Virus record (IMG/VR): IMGVR_UViG_3300044631_000551
Location: 1 to 64,000 of that record
Direction: 5' to 3' (one strand)
Length of the DNA: 64,000 bases
Source of the DNA: a virus
In this document: positions 37,810 through 46,980 of the stretch, in pieces
Position numbering within the stretch: position 1 is the stretch's first letter
Layout: every line of letters starts with the position of its first letter
Made by a program: the position numbers and the translations under genes
The notes under the pieces: generated by a model
What the model was told of the DNA's origin: nothing
What the model saw: the letters and a program-made list of their open reading frames with translations, nothing else
Database searches by the model: none

Positions 37810-37817
37810 TATTTAGT
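37810..37817 (-). promoter_or_regulatory. Putative late promoter ACTAAATA
   Basis: Intergenic; same variant as upstream of gp18. Confidence 0.5.
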
Positions 37818-37822
37818 AGCGT

Positions 37823-38998
37823 TTAAGAACCGAGTTTGTATTCTTTTTTCTTTGGATCGCCAAGTTTTTGCGCGTCGGAAGCATTCGCAGCGCCACCGCC
37901 ACCAACAGCAAGATTGTGATTATCGCCACGAGAATCTTTACCAGTAGCTTTAAGGTTTGTACTACCTTTTACGTTTAGAGCAGTTCCAACTTCAACAGAA
38001 GAACCATCAAGAATTGTTTGACTTCCTGATTTTAAGTTTGTTGCTTTAGAAGCAGTTTGGTTTATACTAGCTCCACTATTGAGATTAATATCGCCTTTAA
38101 CATCAACATTAAATTTGCCACCGACTTTCCAGTTTACATCACCGACTGTGTCAATATTCGTATTACCGTTTGTAGAAATATTGGTGTCGCCAATCACTGT
38201 AATGTTTATGTTTCCGCCAACGAATAGTTCGTTGTTGGCATAGGTAATAATCTGTATGCCATTTTGTCCACGGATTACAATGGACTTGTCTTGGTGAATG
38301 GTAATGAACGCGCCATTCTTATGTTGAATGTTAATTCGCTCTACACCCTCAGTATCATCCATCTCAATAAAATGACCAGTGTTAGATTTTACCAGAATAT
38401 TCTTACCGTATTCTGCGGCGAACTGGCTTGCTTTTTCTGTAATGGTGGCACCGCCAGCAGTCTCGACAGATAACTTTGTTTTATCTTTCCAGTCAGAAAG
38501 AGGAGTCTTTCTATCAATCGGACGTTCTTCTGCTAAGAATGTGTCTGGGAAACTAATTTGCTCGTTTCCAAGCATATCCAGCTTTGGAACCTTTCTGGCA
38601 TATTTTTTAATTAGAGCTTCGTTTACTGGTATATCATCAGGAAACTTCGCAAGTTTTGATATATTAGTAAAATCTATTTTGTTCTTGATAATACTATCAA
38701 TGTCGTCCAAATATGTTTGTAAATTAGAAACCGAATCTAATGCTCCGCCAAAAGAACCACCGAGATCAGAACTTAATGTTTCCAACGCGCTATTGATGTC
38801 TGAGAATTGACTAATAGTTCCTACGATTGCAATGTTTTCTGGCTTGATACCATTTTTTACTAGTTGATCAAACTCTGTTTTTGCTTTCGCTAAAACTTGT
38901 TCTTTAGATTCTGTTGCGCTGATGTTTAAATCTAACGCGACAGTAGTATCTGCGTCAAATTTAACTAGGTCTTTTGCGCTCTTAATTACGTTAGCCAT
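37823..38998 (-). CDS. gp5-like spike C-terminal beta-helix part (no OB-fold)
   Basis: SNTGHFIEMDDTEGVERINIQHKNG and V.G.....V.GD beta-helix repeats. Confidence 0.85.
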   Translation of the reverse strand: MANVIKSAKDLVKFDADTTVALDLNISATESKEQVLAKAKTEFDQLVKNGIKPENIAIVGTISQFSDINSALETLSSDLGGSFGGALDSVSNLQTYLDDIDSIIKNKIDFTNISKLAKFPDDIPVNEALIKKYARKVPKLDMLGNEQISFPDTFLAEERPIDRKTPLSDWKDKTKLSVETAGGATITEKASQFAAEYGKNILVKSNTGHFIEMDDTEGVERINIQHKNGAFITIHQDKSIVIRGQNGIQIITYANNELFVGGNINITVIGDTNISTNGNTNIDTVGDVNWKVGGKFNVDVKGDINLNSGASINQTASKATNLKSGSQTILDGSSVEVGTALNVKGSTNLKATGKDSRGDNHNLAVGGGGAANASDAQKLGDPKKKEYKLGS

Positions 38999-39945
38999 TA
39001 GCTTGTACTTCCTCCTGTTGATACAGCAACACCCGTGGTATCATAAGTTTCTGGTCGTTTACCAGGAGGTCTAGTTATACTTAACAAATCGCTGACATAT
39101 TTTTTAGTCAGTGTGACTTTATCTGATTGGTTGCCTCCTAAAATAACAACACGATTTCCTGGAAATCCTATTTGAGCTACAAACGCGACATGGCCAAAAC
39201 CACTGGAAATTGGTCCTCGCTTGAATACTGCGATATCACCAACTTGAATATTGGCTTCATCTAGTTTACTTTCTTTTGTTCCTTTTTCCCAAACAGTTGT
39301 TCCATAACCATTTTTGCTGTGAGTGTTATATTTCGGAGAAGCATATGCTCTAGAACTATTAACTGCTGATGGATATGAGTACCCTTGAGAAGAAAGTATA
39401 GAACCCACAAATGCTCCACACCACGGAGTTACAGAAGGATCTATTCCGCTATTTACTCTTGTCTTAAACAGATTCATTAAACAAGCCTTATCAGTTCTTT
39501 CTTGATATCCTAACCATGCTGCAGCAGAATTAACAAGTCCTTGTTTTGGTTGTGGGCACGAGCCGTCGGTTGGTCTGTTGGCAGCAGGAGAATTAACACC
39601 AGAAAGATTTTCAACAGAACCTTCTAGTCTGTTTACTGCGCCTGTTGCAGCATAGGAAGCCGAAGAAACACCACCATTAATAACACCAAGAATAAATGGT
39701 TGTTGTAATAATTCTCCATCCATAAAGAAACCAAGAACCATCTGTCCTGCGTTTATCTTAGCAGAGCCACCATTCAACACAGGAGCCAGTGGTAGATTCT
39801 CAGTCGGCAATACTTCTGACGAAGGATGAAATCCGATAGCTCGAACGCGAACGCGCCCAAGTTGAGTTGGGTCTGAAAAAGTATCTTCGGCAACTCCGAC
39901 AAACCAGATAAACTTTCCGTATGGTGTATTTTTTAAGTCTCTCAT
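38998..39945 (-). CDS. gp5 OB-fold fused to CHAP/NlpC-P60-like (TIGR02594-type) peptidoglycan hydrolase
   Basis: WFVGVAED..DP.QLGRVRVRAIGFH, VLGFFMDG..QQP; PWCGAFV...GHVAFV...LGGNQSDKV. Confidence 0.85.
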   Translation of the reverse strand: MRDLKNTPYGKFIWFVGVAEDTFSDPTQLGRVRVRAIGFHPSSEVLPTENLPLAPVLNGGSAKINAGQMVLGFFMDGELLQQPFILGVINGGVSSASYAATGAVNRLEGSVENLSGVNSPAANRPTDGSCPQPKQGLVNSAAAWLGYQERTDKACLMNLFKTRVNSGIDPSVTPWCGAFVGSILSSQGYSYPSAVNSSRAYASPKYNTHSKNGYGTTVWEKGTKESKLDEANIQVGDIAVFKRGPISSGFGHVAFVAQIGFPGNRVVILGGNQSDKVTLTKKYVSDLLSITRPPGKRPETYDTTGVAVSTGGSTS

Positions 39946-40829
39946 ATTCTAGTTGGTATCTTATCTTTTGAAACAAATGATGGAACTGGATATAATACGT
40001 TTTTTCTGTAATTACCGTTTTTGTTAAAACCAAAATCATTACTTATGCTACTTCTACGCACTGCATTTACTAAATCTTGTGCTCGTCCACCTCTAAAATC
40101 TGTTCGACCTTCGACATGTGCAGCAGCAGAATTCTGTTTGATTGAATCTGTTAGAGCGTTAGCGACAGCAACCAAATATGACTTATCAAGCTGACCACCT
40201 TTTGCTGTATTGACAGCAATCAAAGCTGTATCTATATCTTTAATCGCTTTCCATGCTGACGGATTAGCAAAGGTAGGCTCATATTGACCAGGAGATGTAA
40301 TGATTCCCTTAACAGTTTTTTGTTGATATGCGCCAGAGCCAACTCTGTTGTAAATACTTTGAGCTACGTCCGCGCAACCTTGAAAATCATTACCAAACGC
40401 TTCGCGCGAACAAATAGCAACTAAAGACCAGAATTCTTCGTCTGGTGCTCCATCAGTAAATAATTCTTCGATGGCAGATTTTGTAGCTTCTAATATACTC
40501 TTTACAGAGCCACCTACTTTTCTCAAAGAGTCAAATATACCACTACCGCTTGTTGCGCCATTAATAGTTCCTAGCACAAATGGTTGTTGTATCAAACTTC
40601 CGTCCATAAAGAAACCTAGCACCATTTGACCTTTTTTAATAGGCTGGATTCCTCCATCTAATACAGGCGCAAGCGGTAAATCTTTGGCGCGAAGTTCTTT
40701 CGAAGAAGGATGATAACCAAACGCGCGAACACGAACTCTTCCTAGTTGCAAAGGATCGTCAAAAGTATTCTCTACTACACCAATAAACCAGTAGAATTCA
40801 TCATAAGGTGTATTTGTCAAATCTCTCAT
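39942..40829 (-). CDS. Second gp5 OB-fold fused to SleB/Hydrolase_2-like domain
   Basis: WFIGVVE..DDPLQLGRVRVRAFGYH; LVAICSREA...DVAQSIYNRV...VKGIITSPGQYEP. Confidence 0.8.
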   Translation of the reverse strand: MRDLTNTPYDEFYWFIGVVENTFDDPLQLGRVRVRAFGYHPSSKELRAKDLPLAPVLDGGIQPIKKGQMVLGFFMDGSLIQQPFVLGTINGATSGSGIFDSLRKVGGSVKSILEATKSAIEELFTDGAPDEEFWSLVAICSREAFGNDFQGCADVAQSIYNRVGSGAYQQKTVKGIITSPGQYEPTFANPSAWKAIKDIDTALIAVNTAKGGQLDKSYLVAVANALTDSIKQNSAAAHVEGRTDFRGGRAQDLVNAVRRSSISNDFGFNKNGNYRKNVLYPVPSFVSKDKIPTRI

Positions 40830-42193
40830 CGTGCACCATTTATCAAATCTTTTTCATATGCGTCTTTATACAAATCTACATAAGTTTGAAATATAGTACC
40901 TTTGATATTATGTTTTACAGCACCAACTATGAAGTCGCCAGATTGTCTATTTGAATTTTCGTCTTCTGTAATACCACTCTTAGCAGGAACATTTAGATTT
41001 AAGATATCTCCTGGTTTGATGTAAGGATTACCATAGACTTCAATTGTTATTTTGGTTTGTTCTAACAATGCTCTTTGCGCGCGAGCATAGAGATATTTTT
41101 CTTCTAAATAATCATCACGTTCCCAAGCATTTTCGGATACGGCAATATACGAAGCTGGTGTAAAATCATATTTTAATCCTTGTGGATTCAAATCGACATT
41201 AGTAGCAAACACTGGATATTTCGTATCAAACGCGCTGTTCTTGCCTAGCAAGAATATGTTTTTACTATCTTTTTCATATTCAAATGTTTTGGTCGGTGTT
41301 TTAACTTCTCTGTTTATTAAATCGATTAACATTATCTCACTTCTAAGCACACCAGAAGCAATCAAATCAAAGTAGTTTGAGTGTTCATATTGAGAAAGAT
41401 ACAATACTCGGAAGTAATCTTTTTCAACACTAGCATCAAGATCTGTATTGTTTCGTTCTGGATAAAACGTATATCTGAATGCTCTTTGTTTGTTGGCGTC
41501 GCTCGCAATAGATCTAGCAGTTTTTAACTTAAAACCCTGATAATCTTGATAAAAGAAGTATGTGCTATCATCAGATTGAGAAGATAACGACTGAGACAAT
41601 AATCTAGATATAGCGTCGAATGGCTTTATCTGATTGAAGATAAATCCATTTTTAATGATATTCTTGCTGCTAATCCAGTCATCCCCAGTGCCAATTTTTT
41701 CTCTATCTGGCGGATCCTTTTTAACAAACCTAGACTCAACGATTTGCTTGATGACATCCGAAGGTGTGCCTTCTGGATAAAACTTAATCAGTGGCCACGC
41801 GTTCGTTACAGCAGGAAAAGTATACGCAACAATATCATATACCTTTTCTTTTTGTGTTGTGGTTTGAATTGAATTTTCTATGTTTGTAATATAAAAATTC
41901 AATATAATTTTGTTTTCTATAGGATCATCTTGAAATTTGAATAGTGTTACTTCTATGACACTACCGAGAGATAAAAAGCCGTCGTCGACCAAATTTATAC
42001 CATCTACCAACGATGCTTCTAAACTAATAGAATATCTAAGCAAAGATTGTTTTAATGATATAGAATTTATAAGTGTAGCGATACCAACGCCATCTTTTAC
42101 TGACCTATCTTTTTTCAAAACAACAGAATAGCTAAATTCATTTACTGTATTGCTATTTTGCACGATGAGATGTGGCTTCAAACTCGTATCCAT
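40826..42193 (-). CDS. Baseplate hub protein (gp27-like)
   Basis: Sits between gp53 and gp5; FFYQDYQGFK, VYGNP.IKPGDIL.L, SGDFIV.AVKH. Confidence 0.65.
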   Translation of the reverse strand: MDTSLKPHLIVQNSNTVNEFSYSVVLKKDRSVKDGVGIATLINSISLKQSLLRYSISLEASLVDGINLVDDGFLSLGSVIEVTLFKFQDDPIENKIILNFYITNIENSIQTTTQKEKVYDIVAYTFPAVTNAWPLIKFYPEGTPSDVIKQIVESRFVKKDPPDREKIGTGDDWISSKNIIKNGFIFNQIKPFDAISRLLSQSLSSQSDDSTYFFYQDYQGFKLKTARSIASDANKQRAFRYTFYPERNNTDLDASVEKDYFRVLYLSQYEHSNYFDLIASGVLRSEIMLIDLINREVKTPTKTFEYEKDSKNIFLLGKNSAFDTKYPVFATNVDLNPQGLKYDFTPASYIAVSENAWERDDYLEEKYLYARAQRALLEQTKITIEVYGNPYIKPGDILNLNVPAKSGITEDENSNRQSGDFIVGAVKHNIKGTIFQTYVDLYKDAYEKDLINGAR

Positions 42194-42194
42194 A

Positions 42195-42722
42195 TTATCC
42201 TCTTAGACTTTTCTCTAACTCTAAAGTAATTTGTTTACTAAATGTTTTATCGATAAGTCTAATGTTTCTTTTTTGTTCATTAAGATCAAATTCTTTGTCG
42301 TAAGCATAAACAGGAACAAGCCAGCCGTCAAAATCATCACCACTAAAAACATAGTTAAATGTATCTAGAGAATATCGTTCATCAGATATGCTGTCAGCAT
42401 ATTCAACAACTAAAGTTTGTGCTGCAGTAATAGAACCATATTTCTTTACAATAAATTCTTGAAATTCTTCATCGCTCAGAACCCAATCAAAGTACGGATC
42501 AATCATTTGATTAGAAATCATAACTAACCAAGCATAGTCAACAGAACCATAATAGTTATGCGCTACCATAGAAGGCTTTTCGCCATCTTTAACTTCGTAA
42601 GTGTAAAACAATGATTGCCCTAAAAGTAATTCTTTGATGATGTTGGACTTCAACATAATGTTTCTAAGAACAGCACCATTATACTGTATCAGTGGAAAAT
42701 TGCTAAAATATTGCTTTGCCAT
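42195..42722 (-). CDS. gp53: Baseplate wedge protein (LysM-like)
   Basis: YFSNFP.I.Y, YEVKDGEKPSMVAHNYYGS..YAWLVMISN..IDPYFDW, LNEQKRNIRL. Confidence 0.9.
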   Translation of the reverse strand: MAKQYFSNFPLIQYNGAVLRNIMLKSNIIKELLLGQSLFYTYEVKDGEKPSMVAHNYYGSVDYAWLVMISNQMIDPYFDWVLSDEEFQEFIVKKYGSITAAQTLVVEYADSISDERYSLDTFNYVFSGDDFDGWLVPVYAYDKEFDLNEQKRNIRLIDKTFSKQITLELEKSLRG

Positions 42723-42735
42723 TTCTTTTTTTACC

Positions 42736-44061
42736 TTATACGAATGGTAGAGGTTTTAATTTCTTTCCAGTTCTATCCGTGTAGTTAATTTTAGCTTGTA
42801 GGGATTGAACTTCTGTTGCTATTAAATTCATGTCTACTTTAACTTGAGTTATTTGAGCTTTAATGTTGGCGACTCTATTCGGATCGTTTACACCAGGACC
42901 ACTTAAAATAGTGCGTTCTTCCTCTTTGAGTGCTTCTAATTGATTAAATTTGAATTTCCAATCATTTACTAATTGATTAATCTCAGCTTCGGTTTCTGCT
43001 CTAGATTGAGAAACAGGTGTTTCTACAGTTTTATCTGACTGAGATGCATCTTGGCTAAACATATCAAGTTTATTTGGTTTCATAGCAATCCCACCAGAAT
43101 TAAGAATGACATTTTTGTTTAGCGGGAATATTTCTTTAAACGAAAGAGAAAGCGAAACTGCCTGCGGTGCATCTTCTGTTGTAAACACATTAAAACCATT
43201 TGGCGCATAGTTTACTTCAATGTTAGTTAGCGCGCATCTAGAGAAAGAGTAAAGATAATTGGTTCCTAGAAATGCCAACTCAAATTCATGCGGTGTCTTC
43301 AACAATAATCCATCGGGTTCTGGTAAAGCAAAATATCTTAATAGATTTATGATTTCGCGTAGATTATCAGATTCTTCTTTATTTTTAGGTTGTAGCATTG
43401 GCCAATCTAATCTAAAATTTCTTGGTTCCACGTTTTCAAAGATATTTGCAGAAAATGGATTTGCGATATTTCCCAAGGCAAGAGTACTAATTCCTCTTAC
43501 CGAATCTATATTTTGTAGTAGAGTTCTAGCAAGATAATCTCCTGCACGAGCTGCCGCCAACGCGCCATCGGTACCAAATGAATCTTGCACTTCCAATCCG
43601 AGACTATATCCTGCTCCAGCAATACCAAGTTTATCTAGAGAATATTCAATATTTAATGATTCTGTTGGTATCTGCGCTGGTAACGGAAGAGAAATATACG
43701 TATCTGTTTTTACTTCTTGGGAAGTGAGAAGTTTTGGTCTAAAGGTATCTAAAAAAACATTTGCAGTTTTTTGTGCTTCTTGTTTTGCTGTATCTTTAAG
43801 AGTTTGATCTTTCTGTAATTCTTCGGTCGTTTTTGCGGCGGCTTCTGCATTGTATTTAAGTATCTTACTAATTTCGTTACCAGCTTTTGTATAGCTTGTT
43901 TTTACAGGTTTAATAAGAAAACTGTAATGATTGCTGCCTTGGTCAGTCAAGAATTGTATCGATTTAGCGACTTGTGTTTCGTTTCTCGCTCTGTCGATAT
44001 CCTGCGTCGCAACATTTTTGCCACGCGCGCCACCTCTTGATCTTGGTCCTGTACTAGTCAT
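42736..44061 (-). CDS. gp48: Baseplate tail-tube cap with C-terminal coiled-coil extension
   Basis: ISLPLP, NPF...FENVEPRNF, P.N.EES, CALTNIEVNYAPNG, LSLSFKE; start moved to ATG 44061 (AAGG RBS, avoids overlap with gp4). Confidence 0.78.
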   Translation of the reverse strand: MTSTGPRSRGGARGKNVATQDIDRARNETQVAKSIQFLTDQGSNHYSFLIKPVKTSYTKAGNEISKILKYNAEAAAKTTEELQKDQTLKDTAKQEAQKTANVFLDTFRPKLLTSQEVKTDTYISLPLPAQIPTESLNIEYSLDKLGIAGAGYSLGLEVQDSFGTDGALAAARAGDYLARTLLQNIDSVRGISTLALGNIANPFSANIFENVEPRNFRLDWPMLQPKNKEESDNLREIINLLRYFALPEPDGLLLKTPHEFELAFLGTNYLYSFSRCALTNIEVNYAPNGFNVFTTEDAPQAVSLSLSFKEIFPLNKNVILNSGGIAMKPNKLDMFSQDASQSDKTVETPVSQSRAETEAEINQLVNDWKFKFNQLEALKEEERTILSGPGVNDPNRVANIKAQITQVKVDMNLIATEVQSLQAKINYTDRTGKKLKPLPFV

Positions 44062-44068
44062 ATAAATA
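44061..44068 (+). promoter_or_regulatory. T4-type late promoter TATAAATA for the plus-strand operon
   Basis: Exact consensus 35 nt upstream of gp4. Confidence 0.72.
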
Positions 44069-44102
44069 CCTTGTTGATTATACTCTTTATTTAGGCGATA
44101 AA

Positions 44103-44537
44103 ATGGCATGGAAGGGAAAATACAAGGTCAAGAACCCAGCTAAATATAAGGGTGACCCGACCAAAGTTATTTATAGGTCAAGTTTAGAACTAAAGTTTAT
44201 GAACTTTCTTGACACTCATTCTGATGTAATTGAGTGGAACTCGGAGGAAGTTGTAGTTCCTTATCGCTGCGTAACAGACAACAAGATGCATCGATATTTC
44301 GTAGACTTTTGGTTTAGAAAGAAAACGCCAGATGGCAAAATAGAAAGCATACTTGTTGAGATTAAACCACTAGCTCAGACGCGCGAACCTAAGAAACAGC
44401 AGCGAAGAACTAGACGATATATCAACGAAGTTATGACTTGGGGTAAGAATCAGTCGAAGTGGAAAGCTGCGGAAGAGTATTGTAAAGATCGCGGTTGGAA
44501 GTTTCAAATTATTACAGAGAAGGAATTAAACGGCTAA
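44103..44537 (+). CDS. gp4: Head completion nuclease
   Basis: GKYKVKNPAKYKGDPTKVIYRSSLE, HRYFVDF, EIKP, NQSKWKAA. Confidence 0.93.
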   Translation: MAWKGKYKVKNPAKYKGDPTKVIYRSSLELKFMNFLDTHSDVIEWNSEEVVVPYRCVTDNKMHRYFVDFWFRKKTPDGKIESILVEIKPLAQTREPKKQQRRTRRYINEVMTWGKNQSKWKAAEEYCKDRGWKFQIITEKELNG

Positions 44538-45136
44538 TGTCAGCATATATTTACACAAGGTTGGTTAAAGACGCTACGAAAGCTGGCGTTGATATTTCGC
44601 AACACACTACAAAAGCTGTTACATGGTTAAGATCAAAATATGCCGAGATTGGTAAAAATACAGTCGTTCCTTCTAAGTTTATTAATGAATCAGAAAACAA
44701 AAGAAAACGTGTAAAGATGGGCAGAATGTATATGTTCTTGTATGACCCAAAAGGAAAGAAAGAACTTCCATACTACGACCGCTTTCCGCTAATCTTTCCT
44801 GTTCAGTTTGCCCAAGATGGATTTTATGGTCTAAACTTACATTATCTTCCACCGATCCTAAGAGCTAGATTATTGGACGCTCTATACGAGTTGAGAGTCA
44901 ATACTGAAAAGAAAGACGAAACAACTCGTCTTCGTTTGACATACAGACTATTATCGGGAGCAGGTCGTTACAAATTATTTGCTCCTTGTTTTAAGCATTA
45001 CCTTTACGAACACACTCGTTCTTCGTTCATCTATGTTCCACCAGAACAATGGGATATGACAGTGTTTCTACCAACAGAACAATTCAAGAAAGCTACCAAA
45101 GAGAAAGTTTGGAAAGATAGCAGGAGCAAAGTATAA
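44537..45136 (+). CDS. gp2: DNA end protector
   Basis: GRMYMFLYDPKGKKELPYYDRFPL, GLNLHYLPP, FLPTEQF; start at the TAATG overlap. Confidence 0.92.
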   Translation: MSAYIYTRLVKDATKAGVDISQHTTKAVTWLRSKYAEIGKNTVVPSKFINESENKRKRVKMGRMYMFLYDPKGKKELPYYDRFPLIFPVQFAQDGFYGLNLHYLPPILRARLLDALYELRVNTEKKDETTRLRLTYRLLSGAGRYKLFAPCFKHYLYEHTRSSFIYVPPEQWDMTVFLPTEQFKKATKEKVWKDSRSKV

Positions 45137-46083
45137 TGGCAGAAGAACTTAATCGCTTTAGCGTAGATACTTTCGTAAGTAAATTCTTACAAGTTGGTTT
45201 AATTCAGGGTTCTAATTTTTATGTGAAGTTTACTCCACCAGTCGATGGATTTAGCGATGTAGCTATGTTATGCTCTGCTACAAATCTTCCTGGGAGAAGA
45301 ATTGCTACATCTGAACAAAGACCTTATGGTTATGGCCAAGTAATAAAAATGCCATATGATGTATTATATGACGAAATCGAATTAACTTTTTATATTGATG
45401 CCAGAAACGCTGCAGCGTTACAACTGTTTGATAAGTGGCTTTCCAAAGTTATAAACACTGGTAAGGAATTTCCTAATAATAAACACAGAGTCGCATATAA
45501 AGACGACTATACTTGCAAAGATTTAAAGATATATGTAATGAATCAAATGGTCGGCACAGAAAATGCTGCTGATGCTGATTCTTCAAATGAAAGTAATTCT
45601 ATGGCGGTAATCGAATGCGAGCTAGTAGAAGCATATCCTATACAGATGGGGTTTCCAGTTTCATTAGATTGGGGTAATGGCGACGAGTTTTTGAGAATTA
45701 ATGTTTCGTTTGCGTACAGAACAACAGAATATAGATTTGGTCAGTTGAGCCTAGAAGCTGTTGATGGTAAATACTATAACACTCGCTCTCCTTATGATAC
45801 GCCAACCAGAGTCGACCAGGATGCTAAGGATATTTCTGATTTCCTAAACAGCACCGCAAACTTTATTGGTACCATTGCTGATACAGCACAGAAGATTAAT
45901 GAGTTTAAGACTAATTTAACTATTCTCAAGAGAGCAGATGGTATTCTCAATACCACAAACTCGTTGCTACCATTCCTTGGCAACAACAGAACCGCAATCG
46001 ACACTATAAATAATGTTAATAAGATTATCTCTGGAACAAGATTTATCAAACAGAACCTGAATAATATTAGAAAATTCCCTTAA
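45136..46083 (+). CDS. Tail-tube initiator / gp19-like baseplate protein (gp54-like)
   Basis: LCSATNLPGR, KMPY..LY.EIELTFY, L.EAYP, LDW, VSFAY. Confidence 0.72.
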   Translation: MAEELNRFSVDTFVSKFLQVGLIQGSNFYVKFTPPVDGFSDVAMLCSATNLPGRRIATSEQRPYGYGQVIKMPYDVLYDEIELTFYIDARNAAALQLFDKWLSKVINTGKEFPNNKHRVAYKDDYTCKDLKIYVMNQMVGTENAADADSSNESNSMAVIECELVEAYPIQMGFPVSLDWGNGDEFLRINVSFAYRTTEYRFGQLSLEAVDGKYYNTRSPYDTPTRVDQDAKDISDFLNSTANFIGTIADTAQKINEFKTNLTILKRADGILNTTNSLLPFLGNNRTAIDTINNVNKIISGTRFIKQNLNNIRKFP

Positions 46084-46111
46084 TTACTGATTGACTGATT
46101 GGAGAAATACA

Positions 46112-46807
46112 ATGGCTTTACCCAAAATTAAACAACCTATCTTTGAACTAGAGATTCCATCGTCGGGTCAAAAGATTCGTTATAGACCATTTACCGTAGC
46201 TGAAGAAAAGATTCTTCTTATCACAAAAGAAAGTGATGATATAAAAGATACGATAAATGCATACAAAGCAATCGTAAATAACTGTTGCTTGGATAAAATT
46301 GATGTTGACAAATTATGTTCATTCGACTTAGAATATTTCTTTCTGAACATTAGATCTAAATCTGTTTCTAATATTGTTGCAGCAAGAGTAAAAGACGAAG
46401 ACGATGGACAGATATATGAAGTAGAAGTTGATCTTGATAAATTAATGGTATCAAAAATGAAACCAGAAAGATTAATCAAATTAACTGATGATATTTCGGT
46501 CTTCATGAACTATCCTACTTTTGATGTTATTGCAAAGATAGGAAAGGTAGACGAAACCACTCAAATGCTGAGAACCATGATTGCTTGCATTGAACAAATC
46601 TATCAAGGTGAAGAAGTATTTGAAACATCAGAATATTCGCAAAAAGATATGGAAGAATTCGTTCTTTCTATGGGTGTTAAGGAACTTCAAAAGATTAAAG
46701 AGTTTTTCGACGCTATGCCAAAAGTATATGCAGAAGTAAAGTATAAAACAAAAGATGGCGTCGAGAAAATGATTACGCTAGAGGGTATTCAAAGTTTTTT
46801 CGATTAA
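46112..46807 (+). CDS. gp26: Baseplate hub subunit
   Basis: MALPKI..P.FELEIPS....YRPFTVAEEKILL, FDLEYFFL.IRSKSV, LEGIQSFF; GGAG RBS. Confidence 0.9.
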   Translation: MALPKIKQPIFELEIPSSGQKIRYRPFTVAEEKILLITKESDDIKDTINAYKAIVNNCCLDKIDVDKLCSFDLEYFFLNIRSKSVSNIVAARVKDEDDGQIYEVEVDLDKLMVSKMKPERLIKLTDDISVFMNYPTFDVIAKIGKVDETTQMLRTMIACIEQIYQGEEVFETSEYSQKDMEEFVLSMGVKELQKIKEFFDAMPKVYAEVKYKTKDGVEKMITLEGIQSFFD

Positions 46808-46980
46808 TGGTAGGGTATATGTCCCTACCGCATTATTACGAACTTAACTTTGCATTGATGCAGCATCACAAGTATTCTCTTGAAGATATCAATGAGTGGC
46901 TACCATTCGAGCGAGATATCTACGTTAATATGTTACTGAAACATTTAGAAAAAGAAAAAGAACAATCAAAGAGAAAATAA
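46807..46980 (+). CDS. gp51: Baseplate hub assembly catalyst
   Basis: Not in ORF track; translates to ...YYELNFALMQHHKYSLEDINEWLPFERDIYVNML..., the hallmark gp51 motif. Confidence 0.88.
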   Translation: MVGYMSLPHYYELNFALMQHHKYSLEDINEWLPFERDIYVNMLLKHLEKEKEQSKRK

